Positions 1 through 10,782 of a stretch of 64,000 bases of DNA are shown in pieces. A model generated the notes under the pieces. The model was not told the origin of the DNA. It saw only the letters and a list, made by a program, of their open reading frames with translations, and searched no databases. Within the stretch, counting starts at the first letter, position 1. Every line of letters starts with the position of its first letter. The position numbers and the translations under genes are program-made. The DNA lies in contig JAXGMI010000001.1 of assembly GCA_040768745.1 (NCBI GenBank), forward strand, positions 704,001 through 768,000. The letters run 5' to 3'. The DNA is from Desulfomicrobium sp. GTDB taxonomy: Bacteria > Desulfobacterota > Desulfovibrionia > Desulfovibrionales > Desulfomicrobiaceae.

Positions 1-256
1 TGTGTGCGGCCGCGTTCAACATGAAGAAAATCGCGCTGCACTTGTCCAGGTTGGGACTCCGCAGGCCAGCAAGCCCGGCGGGCGCCATGGCCGGGATGAT
101 TCTGTCCTTTATTTACGGGATATTCCAACAACAGAAGCGCCAATACGCCCCAATTTGATCCCAGAAGGGCCTCCTGAACGATTTCAGGAAAAATACACAT
201 CGTCAGAAAAAACAAACCCTCGCCGGACAGTGTGACGAGGGTTTGTCAGTGGTCTG
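1..256 (+). mobile_element. IS1182-family element, right end only (transposase C-terminus stops at 158; terminal IR ends at ~256)
   Basis: Matches the reverse complement of the 18572 end of the complete copy. Ends ...tttgtcagtggtctg, with a subterminal hairpin aaaccctcg...cgagggttt. Confidence 0.9.
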
Positions 257-678
257 AGGAGGATATCCTCCCTTTAGTAAAAAACCTTCTTGGTAAAATC
301 GCCGGTTGTGATAGAGCCCGATCCATGCGGATCAATCAGCATGTGATCGAACTATTTCACAAGTATTCTTGGCCCGGTAATGTGCGAGAGCTTAAAAACG
401 TACTTACCTCTGCCATCTGCTCCCTCGAAGAAAACGAAAGCGAACTGGATATTTCCCATTTGCCTGTGCGAATAATGGAAAATATGAGTACAGTTGAAAC
501 GGCTCCGAAACGAAACGCATCTAAAGCCACTTTGGTGGAAGCCAGCAACAGCGCTGAGCGAGAAGCCATTCTTGTGGCTCTTAAACGCACAGGATTCAAT
601 AAAAGCTTGACTGCGCGGGAACTGGGGATTTCCCGAACCAAGCTATATAAAAAGATGCAGCAACTTGGCATAAGCTAA
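257..678 (+). pseudogene. 3' fragment of a sigma54-dependent (NtrC/Fis-family) transcriptional activator, cut by the IS
   Basis: Frame reads EDILPLV...YSWPGNVRELKNV...GFNKSLTARELGISRTKLYKKM, i.e. the AAA+ end plus a Fis HTH. No GAFTGA or Walker motifs are present. The start listed in the ORF track (232) lies inside the IS. Confidence 0.85.
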
Positions 679-827
679 TATCAGCATGAAATATCGAGCT
701 ATGTGGGAATCGTTCCATCCAGACGCCCGTAAGCGGGTGATAGTGGTGATGAGCTGGACTTGGTAGTCCGACAGAGAACGGACAGAAAGACGCTGCGGAT
801 TACTGCGAACTGTGAGGGGGTGTGGGA

Positions 828-857
828 GGTGCCTGCCGGTGGTGCGCGGCAGGCACC
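828..857. terminator. Hairpin terminator downstream of glmS, between convergent genes
   Basis: ggtgcctgccg / cggcaggcacc 11-bp inverted repeat. Confidence 0.65.
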
Positions 858-866
858 CTTTCGTGT

Positions 867-2684
867 CTATTCCACAGTGACGGATTTGGCCAAATTCCTG
901 GGCTGGTCCACGTCCTTGCCCAGGTACACGGCCATCTCATAGGCAAACAACTGCACTGCCGGCAGCACCAGGAAGCTCTTCAGCGGCCCCCAAACCTCGG
1001 ACAGCACCCACGGACTCTCCACATTCGGGGCCGCTCCCGGATTGACCAGGGCAATGATGCGTCCCCCCCGGGCCTGCACCTCCTGCAGATTGGAGGCCAC
1101 CTTCTGCAAGAGGTCGTTGTTCAAGGCCATGGCAAAGGTCGGAAAATGGCTGTCGATCAGCGCGATGGGCCCGTGCTTCATCTCCCCGGCAGCGTAGCCC
1201 TCGGCATGGATGTAGGAGATCTCCTTGAGCTTCAGGGCCCCTTCCAGGGCCAGGGGAAAATACTGCCCCCGCCCGAGGTAGAAGAAACTGCGGGCATCGC
1301 TGTATTCCTGGCACAGGGTCTTGGCCTTCTGGCGGATCGCGGGCAGCTCTTCTTCCAGCTGCCCGGGCAGACGGGTCAGGGCCGCGAGGGTGTTCTCCAC
1401 TGTCCCGGCCGGAAGGGTCTCCTGGCGTGTTCCCCAATGCAGGGCCATGAGCAGCAGGACAACCATCTGGCTGCACATGGCCTTGGTGGAGGCCACGCTG
1501 ATCTCGGGTCCGGCCTGGGTGTAGACCACCTTGTCGGATTCGCGGGCAATGGACGACCCGACCACGTTGCACAGGCCCAGGATGGGTGCCCCGGCCTCGC
1601 GGGCGATGCGGATGGCGGCCAGGGTGTCGGCCGTCTCCCCGGACTGGCTGATGGTCAGCACCAGATCCCCGGGCAGGAACACGCTGTCCCGGTAGCGGAA
1701 TTCCGAGGCGATCTCCACCTGCACCGGGATGCGGGCCCAGGACTCGAGCAGGTACTTGGCCCACAGCCCGGCATGGTAGGACGTGCCGCAGGCCACGATG
1801 GTCAGCCGTCTGGGGACTTCCAGTTCATCCAGTTCCGGCAGCACCACCCGCCCCTTCTGCACCCTCCCGGCCAGGCAGTCCCGGATGACCCTGGGCTGCT
1901 CGAAAATCTCCTTGAGCATGAAATGCTTGAACCCGTCCTTCTGCGCGGCCTGCACGTCCCAGGAAATATGCTTCACGTCCTTGGTCTTGGGGGTCAGGGT
2001 CTCCAGGTCGAAAACCTGCCACGAGCCGGCGTCGATCTCCACCAGTTCGCCGTTGTCCAGGAAAACCACCTCGCGCGTGTAGGGCAGGAAGGCCGGGATG
2101 TCCGAGGCCAGGAAATTCTCGCCGACGCCGATGCCCATCAGGAGCGGACTCGCCTTGCGGCTAGCCCAGATCGTGCCCGGATGCTCGCGGGAGAGAAGCG
2201 CAAAGGCGTAGGCCCCGTCCACCTGCTTCAGGGCCCACGCGATGCCCTGGCGGATGTCGCCGGTCAGGGTCACCCCCTTGGCGATGACATGGACCAGAAC
2301 CTCGGTGTCGGTTTCTGACAGGAACACGTGGCCCTCGGCCTGCAGCTCGGCCTTGAGTTCGGCGTAGTTCTCTATGATCCCGTTGTGGACCAGGGCGAAC
2401 CGGTTGTCCCCGTCCATGTGCGGATGTGCGTTGCGTTCCACAGGCAGGCCGTGGGTGGCCCAGCGGGTATGGCCAATGCCGCACAGAGAGCAGGCCGTAT
2501 CCAGGCCGGCGATCTTGCAGTCCAGGGCTCCGAGCTTGCCCTCCGCCCTGACCACATGCAGACCGTCCTGCTCCGCGTAGGCCACGCCAGCGGAATCGTA
2601 CCCCCGGTATTCGAGCCTCCGCAGACCCTCCACGATGGCCGGGATGGCCGGCCGGTGTCCTGTATAGCCAATTATTCCGCACAT
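867..2684 (-). CDS. glmS: Glutamine--fructose-6-phosphate aminotransferase
   Basis: N-terminal MCGIIG, LEYRGYDSAG, GHTRWATHG, SQSGETADT and C-terminal DQPRNLAKSVTVE. Confidence 0.98.
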   Translation of the reverse strand: MCGIIGYTGHRPAIPAIVEGLRRLEYRGYDSAGVAYAEQDGLHVVRAEGKLGALDCKIAGLDTACSLCGIGHTRWATHGLPVERNAHPHMDGDNRFALVHNGIIENYAELKAELQAEGHVFLSETDTEVLVHVIAKGVTLTGDIRQGIAWALKQVDGAYAFALLSREHPGTIWASRKASPLLMGIGVGENFLASDIPAFLPYTREVVFLDNGELVEIDAGSWQVFDLETLTPKTKDVKHISWDVQAAQKDGFKHFMLKEIFEQPRVIRDCLAGRVQKGRVVLPELDELEVPRRLTIVACGTSYHAGLWAKYLLESWARIPVQVEIASEFRYRDSVFLPGDLVLTISQSGETADTLAAIRIAREAGAPILGLCNVVGSSIARESDKVVYTQAGPEISVASTKAMCSQMVVLLLMALHWGTRQETLPAGTVENTLAALTRLPGQLEEELPAIRQKAKTLCQEYSDARSFFYLGRGQYFPLALEGALKLKEISYIHAEGYAAGEMKHGPIALIDSHFPTFAMALNNDLLQKVASNLQEVQARGGRIIALVNPGAAPNVESPWVLSEVWGPLKSFLVLPAVQLFAYEMAVYLGKDVDQPRNLAKSVTVE

Positions 2685-3316
2685 CGCGCATTCCCTCGCA
2701 GGCTGTGTGCCACCTTTGCCCAAAACGTGGGCCATTGCCGCATCAAATCTCGCAGGGCCAGACTCCTGTGGCTGCAGGCGTTTTTTGTCTCGGCATCCAT
2801 CTCCGCTGCCGTGCATCCCAGCACCGGATCAAAAAAGACAGGATCGTAGCCGAATCCGTTCCCGCCGCGCGGCTCCCTGGCCACCCTGCCCGGCCAGATC
2901 CCCCGGCCGACGATTTCCTGCCCGTCCGGGGTGGCGGCCAGCATGACGCAGTCAAAATGGCAACCCCGCTCCCCGTCGGCCACACTGTCCATCACCGTCA
3001 GAAGTTTGGCCGTGTTCCGGGCATCCGTGGCCCCCTCCCCGCTGTAGCGGGCGGAATATACCCCGGGCGCGCCGCCCAGGGCGTCCACGGCCAGCCCCGA
3101 ATCGTCAGCCACGGCCACCAGCCCCGTGGCCACGGCCACGGCCAGGGCCTTGATGCGTGCATTCTCTTCAAAAGTCGTGCCGGTCTCGGGGATGTCCCCG
3201 ATCTCCGGGAAATCCCTGAGGCCCAGAACCTCTATGTCCGGCTGCAGCTGGGCCATGAGCGCGAACAATTCCCGGATCTTTCCGGCATTATTGGTGGCCA
3301 ACACTATTTTCGGCAT
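2672..3316 (-). CDS. rdgB: Non-canonical purine NTP (dITP/XTP) pyrophosphatase, HAM1 family
   Basis: LATNNAGK, ADDSGL, GGAPGVYSARY, GFGYDPVF and SHR motifs. Confidence 0.95.
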   Translation of the reverse strand: MPKIVLATNNAGKIRELFALMAQLQPDIEVLGLRDFPEIGDIPETGTTFEENARIKALAVAVATGLVAVADDSGLAVDALGGAPGVYSARYSGEGATDARNTAKLLTVMDSVADGERGCHFDCVMLAATPDGQEIVGRGIWPGRVAREPRGGNGFGYDPVFFDPVLGCTAAEMDAETKNACSHRSLALRDLMRQWPTFWAKVAHSLRGNARCAE

Positions 3317-3331
3317 ATGTGTCCCTGTCCT

Positions 3332-4171
3332 TCAGGCAAGGTCGTACAATGTAAACGCAAAGGAACTCAGGTCCGCGTGGAGCATGCGACCGGCCAGGCG
3401 AAGATCCCCCGTGATCAGGTACTGCACCGCTTCGGCCGCCTGCAGGGAGGCGGCCAGGCATGCGGCCGGGGCCAGGCTGCCCAGGACGCGTTCGGCATCC
3501 CTGGCATCGGATCCCGTCCACATGGTCGAGATGCCTGTCTGGCCGGGCAGTTCGCTCCCCACGAGGGCCGTCCAGCCCGCCACCGCTGCACCGACCACCG
3601 GAACCCCGGCCTGGCTGGCCGCCACGCGCAGGGCCCTCCTGAACCTGATCCCGCCCAGGGCATCCACCACGATGTCCACGTCGCCAAGGGCTGCGCACAA
3701 GTTGGACTCGTCCAGGAAAAAGTCCAGGGCCTCGACGCTGACCAGGGGACTCGTCCGGCTGGCCCGTTTTGCTCCGGCGCGGGCCTTGTTCTGACCTAAA
3801 TTGTCTGCGGAAGACAAAAGTTGTCTGTTCAGGTTGCTCTCCTCGAACACATCGCCGTCGGCAACAGTGATCCTGCCCACTCCGAAACGGGAGAGCAGTT
3901 CCAGGGCATAGCCGCCCAGTCCTCCGGCCCCGACCAGCAGGACAGAGGCATGCAGCAGCTTGGCCTGATCCGCCATGGACAGGGCATGCAGGTTTTTGAG
4001 CAGGGGCAGAGGCATCAGCGCCTGGTTCACGGCCACCCGTGCACCCTGAGGGAGGGACAGCCCGTGCTCCAGACAGAACGCCTGCAGACCCTCAAGGCCC
4101 ACGGTCCGCACTCCGCGCTCGGGATCGTGCACGGCCAGGGCTGCCAAGGCGGCACCAGGATCGGCGCTCAT
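3332..4171 (-). CDS. HesA/MoeB/ThiF-family adenylyltransferase
   Basis: VLLVGAGGLG and DGDVFEESNLNRQ motifs; overlaps a MoaD/ThiS gene. Confidence 0.9.
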   Translation of the reverse strand: MSADPGAALAALAVHDPERGVRTVGLEGLQAFCLEHGLSLPQGARVAVNQALMPLPLLKNLHALSMADQAKLLHASVLLVGAGGLGGYALELLSRFGVGRITVADGDVFEESNLNRQLLSSADNLGQNKARAGAKRASRTSPLVSVEALDFFLDESNLCAALGDVDIVVDALGGIRFRRALRVAASQAGVPVVGAAVAGWTALVGSELPGQTGISTMWTGSDARDAERVLGSLAPAACLAASLQAAEAVQYLITGDLRLAGRMLHADLSSFAFTLYDLA

Positions 4172-4392
4172 CCTCCGCCGACCGCCGGGAAGAGCCCCAC
4201 CTGGTCTCCGTCCGCAAGAACGTTTTCCAGACTGCTGTTCCTGCTGTTGATGAAGACCAGCTTGATGTCGTCGGGACCGAGGCCAAGGTCAGGGAGCATC
4301 GTCTGGACCGTGGCACCCTCTGCCAGTTCGAGAAATCCGCCGGGCGGGCTGTGGTCTGCCAGCGTGGCGAAACATTTGACGTGAATGCGCAT
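4168..4392 (-). CDS. MoaD/ThiS-family sulfur carrier (74 aa)
   Basis: MRIHVKCFATL...DGDQVGLFPAVGGG with C-terminal Gly-Gly; ATG at 4392. Confidence 0.9.
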   Translation of the reverse strand: MRIHVKCFATLADHSPPGGFLELAEGATVQTMLPDLGLGPDDIKLVFINSRNSSLENVLADGDQVGLFPAVGGG

Positions 4393-4510
4393 AGAATATC
4401 CGTGTCGAGGTTTCATGAAGCGGGACGCCGGGCAACCAGGCCGCCTCTCATGTTTCAAAAGCGGCTGGGCCGCGTCAAGGCAATCCAGCGGCATCGGGTC
4501 AGCACACGTC

Positions 4511-5215
4511 TCAATCCAGGGTGATCTCCACGCGCTGCCCCGGCACATTGCCCTTGAGTTCCGTCAAAAGCCCCCGCAGGGTGGAGGTGACCATCCGGTC
4601 GATGAACGGGTTCAGGGACAGCTGCCGTCCGCCTATCCGCACGCTCAGCTTGGGCTGCATGGCCAGGCATGCATGCGTGTCAGCCTTTCCGGCCACAATC
4701 TCCTGGGCCAGGGCATGGCAGGATTCCCGGCCGCAGGCTCCGCAGTCCAGGCCAGGCAAGGTGAACCCCCGGGCGTCGACCAGACTGGCCAGTTCGGCAA
4801 TGGAGGCCGCCGGGCGCACCCCGGCCAACTCGCCAGTCCCCCAGGAGGCCAGGGCCAGTCCCCTGTCCAGGGATGCCTCGTCCTCGTCTGCGCCCAGAAC
4901 CACGATGCGCGGCAGCCAGGTCAAGGACTTCCCGCCCTCGACCAGCACAACGTCCGCGCCCAGCAGAGGCAGGACATCCTGCAACGGCCTGGACGCATTC
5001 CAGCACAGGGACGTCTGCCTGCTGCCCATCCCGGCCACGCAGACACACTCCTGGGCGAAACGGGCCGTATCCGTCCCGTTCATGTCCAGGCCATGCTCCG
5101 TGAACTTCACAGCGGCGACCTTCCTCCCAAGACGGGACAGTTCCCGGGCCAGCTCCAGAACCAAGGTTGTTTTCCCGGACTTCTTGAACCCCACCACCGA
5201 AACGGCCTTGAACAT
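4511..5215 (-). CDS. mobB: Molybdopterin-guanine dinucleotide biosynthesis protein B with Fe-S domain
   Basis: VVGFKKSGKTT P-loop, LVEGGK, and LPGLDCGACGRESC Fe-S motif. Confidence 0.85.
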   Translation of the reverse strand: MFKAVSVVGFKKSGKTTLVLELARELSRLGRKVAAVKFTEHGLDMNGTDTARFAQECVCVAGMGSRQTSLCWNASRPLQDVLPLLGADVVLVEGGKSLTWLPRIVVLGADEDEASLDRGLALASWGTGELAGVRPAASIAELASLVDARGFTLPGLDCGACGRESCHALAQEIVAGKADTHACLAMQPKLSVRIGGRQLSLNPFIDRMVTSTLRGLLTELKGNVPGQRVEITLD

Positions 5216-5363
5216 CGCACCTCCGTCTTTGACAATCGTTCGTCTATCAACTATTCGGATTGATTTTCCGTCCCCACAACATCTGATCCCAGGCCCGACG
5301 ATGCCGCATCAGATGGAGTCTGGCCAGCATCATCCCAAATTTCGCCAAGGACTGCGTTTTTCT

Positions 5364-6617
5364 ATGTCTAAAATTCAGAAAATTAAAGGCTTTTCTGACC
5401 TCTTCTGCCCTGAAAGCTCCGTGCACACCCTGATGGAAAACCTGGCTCGGGACGTGTTCGGCAGGTACGGATGCCAGGAAGTCCGGGTGCCCATCCTGGA
5501 AAAGACGGAGCTTTTCGCCCGCTCCATCGGCGAGGAAACCGACGTGGTGCAGAAGGAGATGTACACCTTTGCCGACCGCAAGGGCCGCTCGCTGACCATG
5601 CGCCCCGAGGCGACTGCCGGGATCCTGCGGGCCTTCATCGAGTCCGGCATGTGCGGCCAGGAAGGCGTGACCAAGCTCTTCGCCTGTGGCCCCATGTTCC
5701 GGTATGAACGCCCCCAGAAAGGACGGTTGCGCCAGTTCCACCAGCTGGACGTGGAGGTGCTGGGCACCGAAGCCCCCCAGGCCGACGCCGAAGTCGTGCT
5801 CATGCTGTGGACCTTCCTGACCAGACTCGGGCTCCAGAACCTGGGCCTGGAGCTCAACTCCCTGGGTTGCCCCCGCTGCCGCCCTGGTTTTCACGAAAGT
5901 TTGCGGACATTCCTGACCTCCGTCGACCAGTCCGCCCTGTGCGAGGACTGCACCCGCCGCGCCAACACCAATCCCCTGCGGGTCCTTGACTGCAAAGTCC
6001 CGGCCTGCAAGGAGCTGGTCAAGGACGCTCCCAGCATCATCGGTTCCCTTTGCCCGGACTGTGCCGAACACTTCGCGCAGGTCCGCCTGATCCTGGACAG
6101 CGCGAAACTCCTGTACAAGGTGAACGACAGGCTGGTGCGCGGCCTGGACTACTACCAGCGCACCACATTCGAAGTCGTTTCCGGAGAGATCGGATCCCAG
6201 ACCGCCGTGGCCGGTGGCGGGCGCTACGACGGCCTGATCAGGCAGCTCGGCGGGCCCGACATGCCCGGCATCGGGTTTGCCTGCGGCATGGAGCGCCTGG
6301 CCCTGCTCTACGGCCAGCCCCAGGCCGTGTCTCCGGACTTCTATCTGGCGGTGCTGGACGACCGGGCCCTCAACACCGGCCTGCTCCTGGCCCAGCGCCT
6401 GCGCGAACGCGGCTTTGCCGGGGAGGTGTCCTTCGAAACCAGGAGCGTCAAAAGCCAGATGCGCCAGGCCAACAGACTCGGCGCCAGGACCTGCCTGCTT
6501 CTGGGTCAGGACGAGATGAACAGGGGACAGATCGTGGTCAAGGACATGGCAACCGGCGTGCAGAATACCATCGGCCAGGACGATCTGGAGCAGGCCATGG
6601 GTTTTCGCAAGTCCTAG
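5364..6617 (+). CDS. hisS: Histidine--tRNA ligase
   Basis: [37 protein letters not shown] and GGGRYDGL motifs. Confidence 0.97.
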   Translation: MSKIQKIKGFSDLFCPESSVHTLMENLARDVFGRYGCQEVRVPILEKTELFARSIGEETDVVQKEMYTFADRKGRSLTMRPEATAGILRAFIESGMCGQEGVTKLFACGPMFRYERPQKGRLRQFHQLDVEVLGTEAPQADAEVVLMLWTFLTRLGLQNLGLELNSLGCPRCRPGFHESLRTFLTSVDQSALCEDCTRRANTNPLRVLDCKVPACKELVKDAPSIIGSLCPDCAEHFAQVRLILDSAKLLYKVNDRLVRGLDYYQRTTFEVVSGEIGSQTAVAGGGRYDGLIRQLGGPDMPGIGFACGMERLALLYGQPQAVSPDFYLAVLDDRALNTGLLLAQRLRERGFAGEVSFETRSVKSQMRQANRLGARTCLLLGQDEMNRGQIVVKDMATGVQNTIGQDDLEQAMGFRKS

Positions 6618-6667
6618 ACCTTTACAGGAATCATTTGCAGCCTATCGTTATCCAAGCGAGGACATAT

Positions 6668-8470
6668 ATGGCAACGGACGACAGAACCACGGAAATCCGG
6701 ACCGACACCCTCGGCGGATGGAGCAGGACCCATCACTGCGCAAGTCTCGGCCCTGACCAGCTGGGCCAGGAAGTCTGCCTCATGGGCTGGGTGCAGTACC
6801 GCCGCGACCATGGCGGGCTTATCTTCATCGACCTGCGCGACCGCCAAGGCCTGACCCAGGTCGTCTTTTCCCCGGAAGTGGCGCCCGAGGCCCATGGACG
6901 GGCACATGTGCTGCGCACGGAATACGTGCTGGCCATCAAGGGCGTGGTCCGCGCCAGACCCTCGGACATGGTCAACCCCAAGCTGATCACCGGCGCCATC
7001 GAGGTCTACGTCACGCAGTTCAAGCTGCTGAACACGGCCAAGACCCCGCCCTTTCCCATCGAGGACCGGGTGGACGTGTCCGAGAACCTGCGCCTGAAGT
7101 ACCGCTTTCTGGACCTGAGGCGCAAGGCCATGGCTGACAACCTCGTCCTGCGCAACCGCGTGTCCCAGTCAGTGCGCCGCTACCTGGACGAGCTGGGCTT
7201 TCTGGAGATCGAGACCCCGGTCCTGACCAAATCCACCCCCGAGGGGGCCCGCGACTTCCTCGTGCCCAGCAGGGTCAACCCCGGACAGTTCTACGCCCTG
7301 CCGCAGTCCCCCCAACTTTTCAAACAGCTGCTCATGTGCGGGGGGCTGGACCGCTACTACCAGATCGTCAAATGCTTCCGCGACGAAGACCTGCGCGCCG
7401 ATCGGCAACCCGAGTTCACCCAGATCGACATCGAGATGTCCTTTGTGGACGAGGAACAGGTCATGCAGATGGCCGAGGGGATGATCGCCCGCGTCATGGC
7501 CGAGGCCCTGGGTCGCCAAATACCCCTGCCCCTCCCGCGCATGCCCTACGCCCAGGCCATGGCCGAATACGGCGTGGACAAGCCGGACACCCGTTTTGAC
7601 CTGAAACTCACGGATGTGACCGAGATCGTGCGCGGCTCGGAGTTCAAGCTCTTTGCCACGGCAGCCCTGGTCAAGGCCCTGTCCGTGCCCGGCGGGGCCG
7701 AACTGTCCCGCAAGGAGATCGACGACTACACCGACTTCGTCAGAATCTACGGTGCGCAGGGACTGGCCTGGATCAAGATCAAGGAAGACGGCTGGCAGTC
7801 GCCCATCGCCAAATTCCTGAGCGAAAAGGAGCAGACCGGCCTGACCCGGGCCCTGGGACTCGCGCCTGGCGACATCGTCTTCTTCCAGGCCGGAGCCCCG
7901 GACATGGTCAACAGCGCCCTGGGCAACCTCCGCCTCAGGCTCGGAGAACGTTTTAACCTCATCCCCGAGGGCGAGTTTGCCCCCCTGTGGGTGACTGATT
8001 TCCCCCTTCTGGAGTGGAATCCGGACGAGAAACGATGGGTGGCCATGCACCACCCCTTCACCGCACCCAAGGACATGCAGACCCTGGGCAGCAATCCTTC
8101 CCACGCCGCGGCCAGGGCCTACGACCTGGTCCTGAACGGCACCGAGGTCGGCGGAGGCTCCATCCGCATCCACAACCCGGAGACCCAGCAACAGATGTTC
8201 GCGGCCCTGGGCATCGGCCAGGAGGAAGCCCGCGCCAAGTTCGGGTTTCTGCTCGACGCCCTGGTGTACGGGGCCCCGCCCCACGGAGGCATCGCCTTCG
8301 GGCTGGACCGGCTGGTCATGCTCCTGACCGGTGCCAAATCCATCCGCGATGTCATCGCCTTCCCCAAGACCCAGAAGGCCACCTGCCTGATGACCGAGGC
8401 CCCCTCGGAAGTCGAGGCGACCCAGTTGCGCGATCTGGGCCTGCGGTTGCGGGAGAAGCCCAAAGAGTAG
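6668..8470 (+). CDS. aspS: Aspartate--tRNA ligase
   Basis: [49 protein letters not shown] and [12 protein letters not shown] motifs. Confidence 0.97.
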   Translation: MATDDRTTEIRTDTLGGWSRTHHCASLGPDQLGQEVCLMGWVQYRRDHGGLIFIDLRDRQGLTQVVFSPEVAPEAHGRAHVLRTEYVLAIKGVVRARPSDMVNPKLITGAIEVYVTQFKLLNTAKTPPFPIEDRVDVSENLRLKYRFLDLRRKAMADNLVLRNRVSQSVRRYLDELGFLEIETPVLTKSTPEGARDFLVPSRVNPGQFYALPQSPQLFKQLLMCGGLDRYYQIVKCFRDEDLRADRQPEFTQIDIEMSFVDEEQVMQMAEGMIARVMAEALGRQIPLPLPRMPYAQAMAEYGVDKPDTRFDLKLTDVTEIVRGSEFKLFATAALVKALSVPGGAELSRKEIDDYTDFVRIYGAQGLAWIKIKEDGWQSPIAKFLSEKEQTGLTRALGLAPGDIVFFQAGAPDMVNSALGNLRLRLGERFNLIPEGEFAPLWVTDFPLLEWNPDEKRWVAMHHPFTAPKDMQTLGSNPSHAAARAYDLVLNGTEVGGGSIRIHNPETQQQMFAALGIGQEEARAKFGFLLDALVYGAPPHGGIAFGLDRLVMLLTGAKSIRDVIAFPKTQKATCLMTEAPSEVEATQLRDLGLRLREKPKE

Positions 8471-8473
8471 ACC

Positions 8474-8986
8474 ATGTCCAGAAAAATTGTCACCTACCCT
8501 CACCCTGTGCTGGCCGGAAAAGCCGCGCCCGTGATGGAGATCACCGACGAAATCCGGGAACTGGCCGCGGAAATGGCCGTTCTCATGTATCAGGACAAGG
8601 GCATCGGGCTGGCCGCCCCGCAGGTGGCCGAAAGCATCCGGCTCATCACCGTGGATTTGAGCGGACCCGACAAGCGCGAGGACCTCAGGGTCTTCATCAA
8701 CCCGGTCATCTCCAACCTGGAAGGCGAGGTTGTGTCCGAGGAGGGCTGCCTGTCCGTCCCCGGCTACAGGTCCAACGTGACCAGGGCCGAACGGCTGCAC
8801 CTCTCGGCCCTGGACCTGGACGGCAACCCAGTGGAAATGGACGCCGACGACCTCATGTCCATCTGCCTGCAACACGAGATCGACCATCTCGACGGCGTGC
8901 TGTTCATCGACAAGATCAGCAAGCTCAAACGCACCCTGTACGAACGCAAGCTCAAAAAATGGCTGAAGCAGAAAAAAGAAGACTGA
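8474..8986 (+). CDS. def: Peptide deformylase
   Basis: GIGLAAPQ, EGCLS and QHEIDHLDG motifs. Confidence 0.97.
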   Translation: MSRKIVTYPHPVLAGKAAPVMEITDEIRELAAEMAVLMYQDKGIGLAAPQVAESIRLITVDLSGPDKREDLRVFINPVISNLEGEVVSEEGCLSVPGYRSNVTRAERLHLSALDLDGNPVEMDADDLMSICLQHEIDHLDGVLFIDKISKLKRTLYERKLKKWLKQKKED

Positions 8987-9963
8987 GAGCCGTGTTCATG
9001 GGCACGCCCGATTTCGCGGCCGCGTCCCTGAGGCACCTCCTGACCTGGGGCGGCTGCGACATCGTGGGCGTCTATGCCCAGCCGGACCGCCCCTGCGGAC
9101 GGGGTCAGATCTGCACCCCCCCTCCGGTCAAGGTCCTGGCCATGGAAAAACGCCTGCCCGTGTTCCAGCCCCTCAATTTCAAGGCCCAGCCCGAGGTGGA
9201 TCAGCTGGCCGCCCTCAAGCCAGACCTGCTGCTCGTGGCCGCCTACGGTCTGATCCTGCCCCAGTCCGTGCTGGACATCCCGCCCCTCGGCGCCCTCAAT
9301 GTGCACGCCTCGCTTCTGCCCGAATACAGGGGGGCGGCGCCCATCCACCGGGCCATCATGGATGGCCGGCACGTGACCGGCATAACCATCATGCGCATGG
9401 AGGCAGGTCTGGACACAGGCGACATCCTGCTCCAGCGCAGCTTGGCCATCGGCATCGAGGACACGGCCCAGACCCTGCACGACGAACTGGCCGAGATGGG
9501 CGGCAGGCTTCTGGTCGACGCCCTGGAAAAAATGGGACAGGGCCGGCTGGTGCGCATTCCCCAGGATCACGGCAGGGCAACCTATGCGGCCAAGCTCTCC
9601 AAGGACGAGGGCCGCATCGATTGGGATCAGCCGGCCCTGACCGTGCACAACCGCATCCGCGGCCTCTTTCCCTGGCCGGGTTCCTGGTTCGACTGGACCG
9701 GGATGCCGGGCAGAACCCTGCGCCTGACCGTGTATCCGGGGCGTATTGGCGAGGTTCGGCCCGAAAACGCGGCACCCGGTGAAATCGTCGGTGTGGCCGG
9801 AGACACCGTGCTTATCGCTTGCAGGGACCGCATCTACGCCGTGCCCCACGTCAAGCCGGCAGGGAGCAAGCCCCTCAAAGGACATGAATTCTATTGCGGG
9901 TACCTGAGCCGCTGCTCAGGCGAACACCTCGTCCAACCCGAGCCCTCCTGCCCTGAAGGCTGA
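8959..9963 (+). CDS. fmt: Methionyl-tRNA formyltransferase
   Basis: VFMGTPDFA, NVHASLLPEYRGAAPI and GLDTGD motifs; follows def. Confidence 0.95.
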   Translation: MAEAEKRRLRAVFMGTPDFAAASLRHLLTWGGCDIVGVYAQPDRPCGRGQICTPPPVKVLAMEKRLPVFQPLNFKAQPEVDQLAALKPDLLLVAAYGLILPQSVLDIPPLGALNVHASLLPEYRGAAPIHRAIMDGRHVTGITIMRMEAGLDTGDILLQRSLAIGIEDTAQTLHDELAEMGGRLLVDALEKMGQGRLVRIPQDHGRATYAAKLSKDEGRIDWDQPALTVHNRIRGLFPWPGSWFDWTGMPGRTLRLTVYPGRIGEVRPENAAPGEIVGVAGDTVLIACRDRIYAVPHVKPAGSKPLKGHEFYCGYLSRCSGEHLVQPEPSCPEG

Positions 9964-9972
9964 CACCCCACC

Positions 9973-10782
9973 ATGCCCAAACCCGGAAGCACCCCGCAGC
10001 GATTCGCTCCCCTGGAGCGGGAGATCCGGGACAGTTTCAAGACCCGCAAGCGGGTCTTCATCGGGCTGATCACCGGCTCTTCTGTCCTGGTCTGCGCATT
10101 CCTGGCCCTGCTCTGGATCATCCCGTATTACGGACTGACCACCATCCACCCGGCTGCGCCCTGGGTGCTCGGCACCGCTGTCCTGATCCTGATTCTGGCC
10201 ATCGGCTGGGCCGCCCTGGCTCTGGTCCTGAACATCCTCCTGGGCCGGCCGGTGCTCTTCTCCCAACGCCTGCGCGGCGTCACGATCAAGCTCTTCCTCC
10301 CGCTGATGACCCTTCTGGGACGGGTGGTGGGCATCCCCAAACAGACCGTGCGATCCTCGTTCATCAAGGTCAACAATGAGCTGGTCAAGGGCGAAGGACA
10401 CCGCTATCCGCCGGAAAAAATCCTCCTGCTCATGCCGCACTGCATCCAGAGCAGCCGCTGCAAATTCCGCCTGACCTACGACATCGACAACTGCAAGCGT
10501 TGCGGGGAATGCTCCATGGCCGGACTCCTGGAATTGCGGGACAGGTTCGGCATCACGCTGGCCGTGGCCACGGGCGGGACCATCGCCCGGCGCATCGTGG
10601 TCCAGCACCGCCCCCGGCTGATCATCGCCGTGGCCTGCGAACGGGACTTGGCCAGTGGCATCCAGGACGCCTACCCCGTGCCTGTTTTCGGCATCCTCAA
10701 CACACGCCCCTTCGGCCCCTGCCTGGACACGGGCGTGGCCCTGGATCAGGTGGAGTGGGCCATCAGCGAATTTTCCGCATGA
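9973..10782 (+). CDS. DUF116-family membrane protein
   Basis: Two N-terminal hydrophobic segments, LMPHCIQ, CKRCGEC, VATGGT and AVACERDL; typical position between fmt and rsmB. Confidence 0.8.
   Translation: MPKPGSTPQRFAPLEREIRDSFKTRKRVFIGLITGSSVLVCAFLALLWIIPYYGLTTIHPAAPWVLGTAVLILILAIGWAALALVLNILLGRPVLFSQRLRGVTIKLFLPLMTLLGRVVGIPKQTVRSSFIKVNNELVKGEGHRYPPEKILLLMPHCIQSSRCKFRLTYDIDNCKRCGECSMAGLLELRDRFGITLAVATGGTIARRIVVQHRPRLIIAVACERDLASGIQDAYPVPVFGILNTRPFGPCLDTGVALDQVEWAISEFSA

Noticed and set aside
679..866. Tn7-like element at the attTn7 site downstream of glmS (AT-richer DNA lies to the left)
   Set aside because: The hairpin spanning the usual insertion point (~25 bp past the stop) is intact, and I found no convincing TGT/ACA end with repeated TnsB sites. 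An island boundary near 680-820 remains possible but unsupported.
2684..2816. glmS ribozyme or a long N-terminal extension of GlmS
   Set aside because: The region is rdgB coding sequence overlapping the glmS start, and GlmS needs Cys at position 2, so 2684 is the start.
3332..4392. ThiF plus ubiquitin-like pair as a bacterial ubiquitination or defence system
   Set aside because: There is no E2, JAB or CD-NTase neighbour. Host-like composition and the adjacent mobB point to ordinary pterin-cofactor sulfur transfer.
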